From Octopus vulgaris (lineage: Eukaryota), in the NCBI GenBank assembly GCA_951406725.2, contig OX597821.1, forward strand, positions 42,346,001 to 42,410,000: DNA of 64,000 bases, in the 5' to 3' direction. Of the stretch, positions 63,501-64,000 are shown in pieces; positions within the stretch are counted from its first letter, which is position 1, and every line of letters begins with the position of its first letter. The translations under genes and the position numbers were made by a program. The notes under the pieces are model-generated. The model searched no databases. It saw only the letters and a list, made by a program, of their open reading frames with translations, and was not told where the DNA came from.

Positions 63501-64000
63501 TGTAGTCTATCTCACATTACATTATCCAATGTGTCCTTTTTAAGATGGTGGGATGTGATTTAACCTTTATGTCATAGTATTTCTGTTGAAATGGCCAGTT
63601 TCCAACCCAGGCTGCAGCAACAAAGTCCACCTGCCATATTTTTTAGTCCATTATCACTGTCTCGAGGTCCTGGATACACTCCAGGCCAGTGTCTACAATC
63701 AAGTTGTTGATGTAAGTGTGATGACATTTTCCTCTTCTTACATCACCATGAAGTGGCTTTCACAAGACTAATTTGGATGCTTCCAATTCAGGGTGGTGCA
63801 GGATAGTCACAGCTGTCTTTACCCGATCCTCTCACTAACTTTCAGCAGGTCTCCATAAAGTAATGAGAAATTTAATAAGTATACAATATTGTAAATTTGG
63901 TATGGCAAAAATGGTGAGGATGTTGTTTGTGGTGATGATGATAACTCTGATGATGAAGAGGTGGAATGGGAGAAAGGAGTGTCAATCATGTCTTGATACA

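Overview
AT-rich, intron-rich animal DNA; the SINE/microsatellite make-up suggests an octopus (inference). It is dominated by one minus-strand gene, a CC2D1A/B (Lgd/Freud-1) homologue. I reconstructed it by hand as 29 phase-consistent GT-AG coding exons (57839->5874, 3132 nt, 1043 aa): four DM14 repeats, a C2 domain and a CC2D1A-type C-terminal helical extension. Introns and flanks are packed with mobile DNA: a decayed PHD-ORF1 CR1/L2-group LINE, RTE fragments and SINE-like tails, an R4/Dong-like RLE remnant, three mariner relics, a Tc1 element, tandem non-autonomous Helitrons, TTAA MITEs, long foldback elements and tRNA-derived SINEs with TSDs. The most striking unexplained signal is a 363-bp tandem repeat (1106-1988). 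Each full unit carries a minimal type I hammerhead ribozyme with a U3-A8 core variant inside a highly self-complementary unit, i.e. a candidate retrozyme/circRNA-producing locus. A second degenerate hammerhead (12699-12757), a perfect 89-bp templated inverted insertion, a 48-bp micro-inversion and several long intronic hairpins are also reported. All coordinates were read by eye; no searches or folding computations were run.
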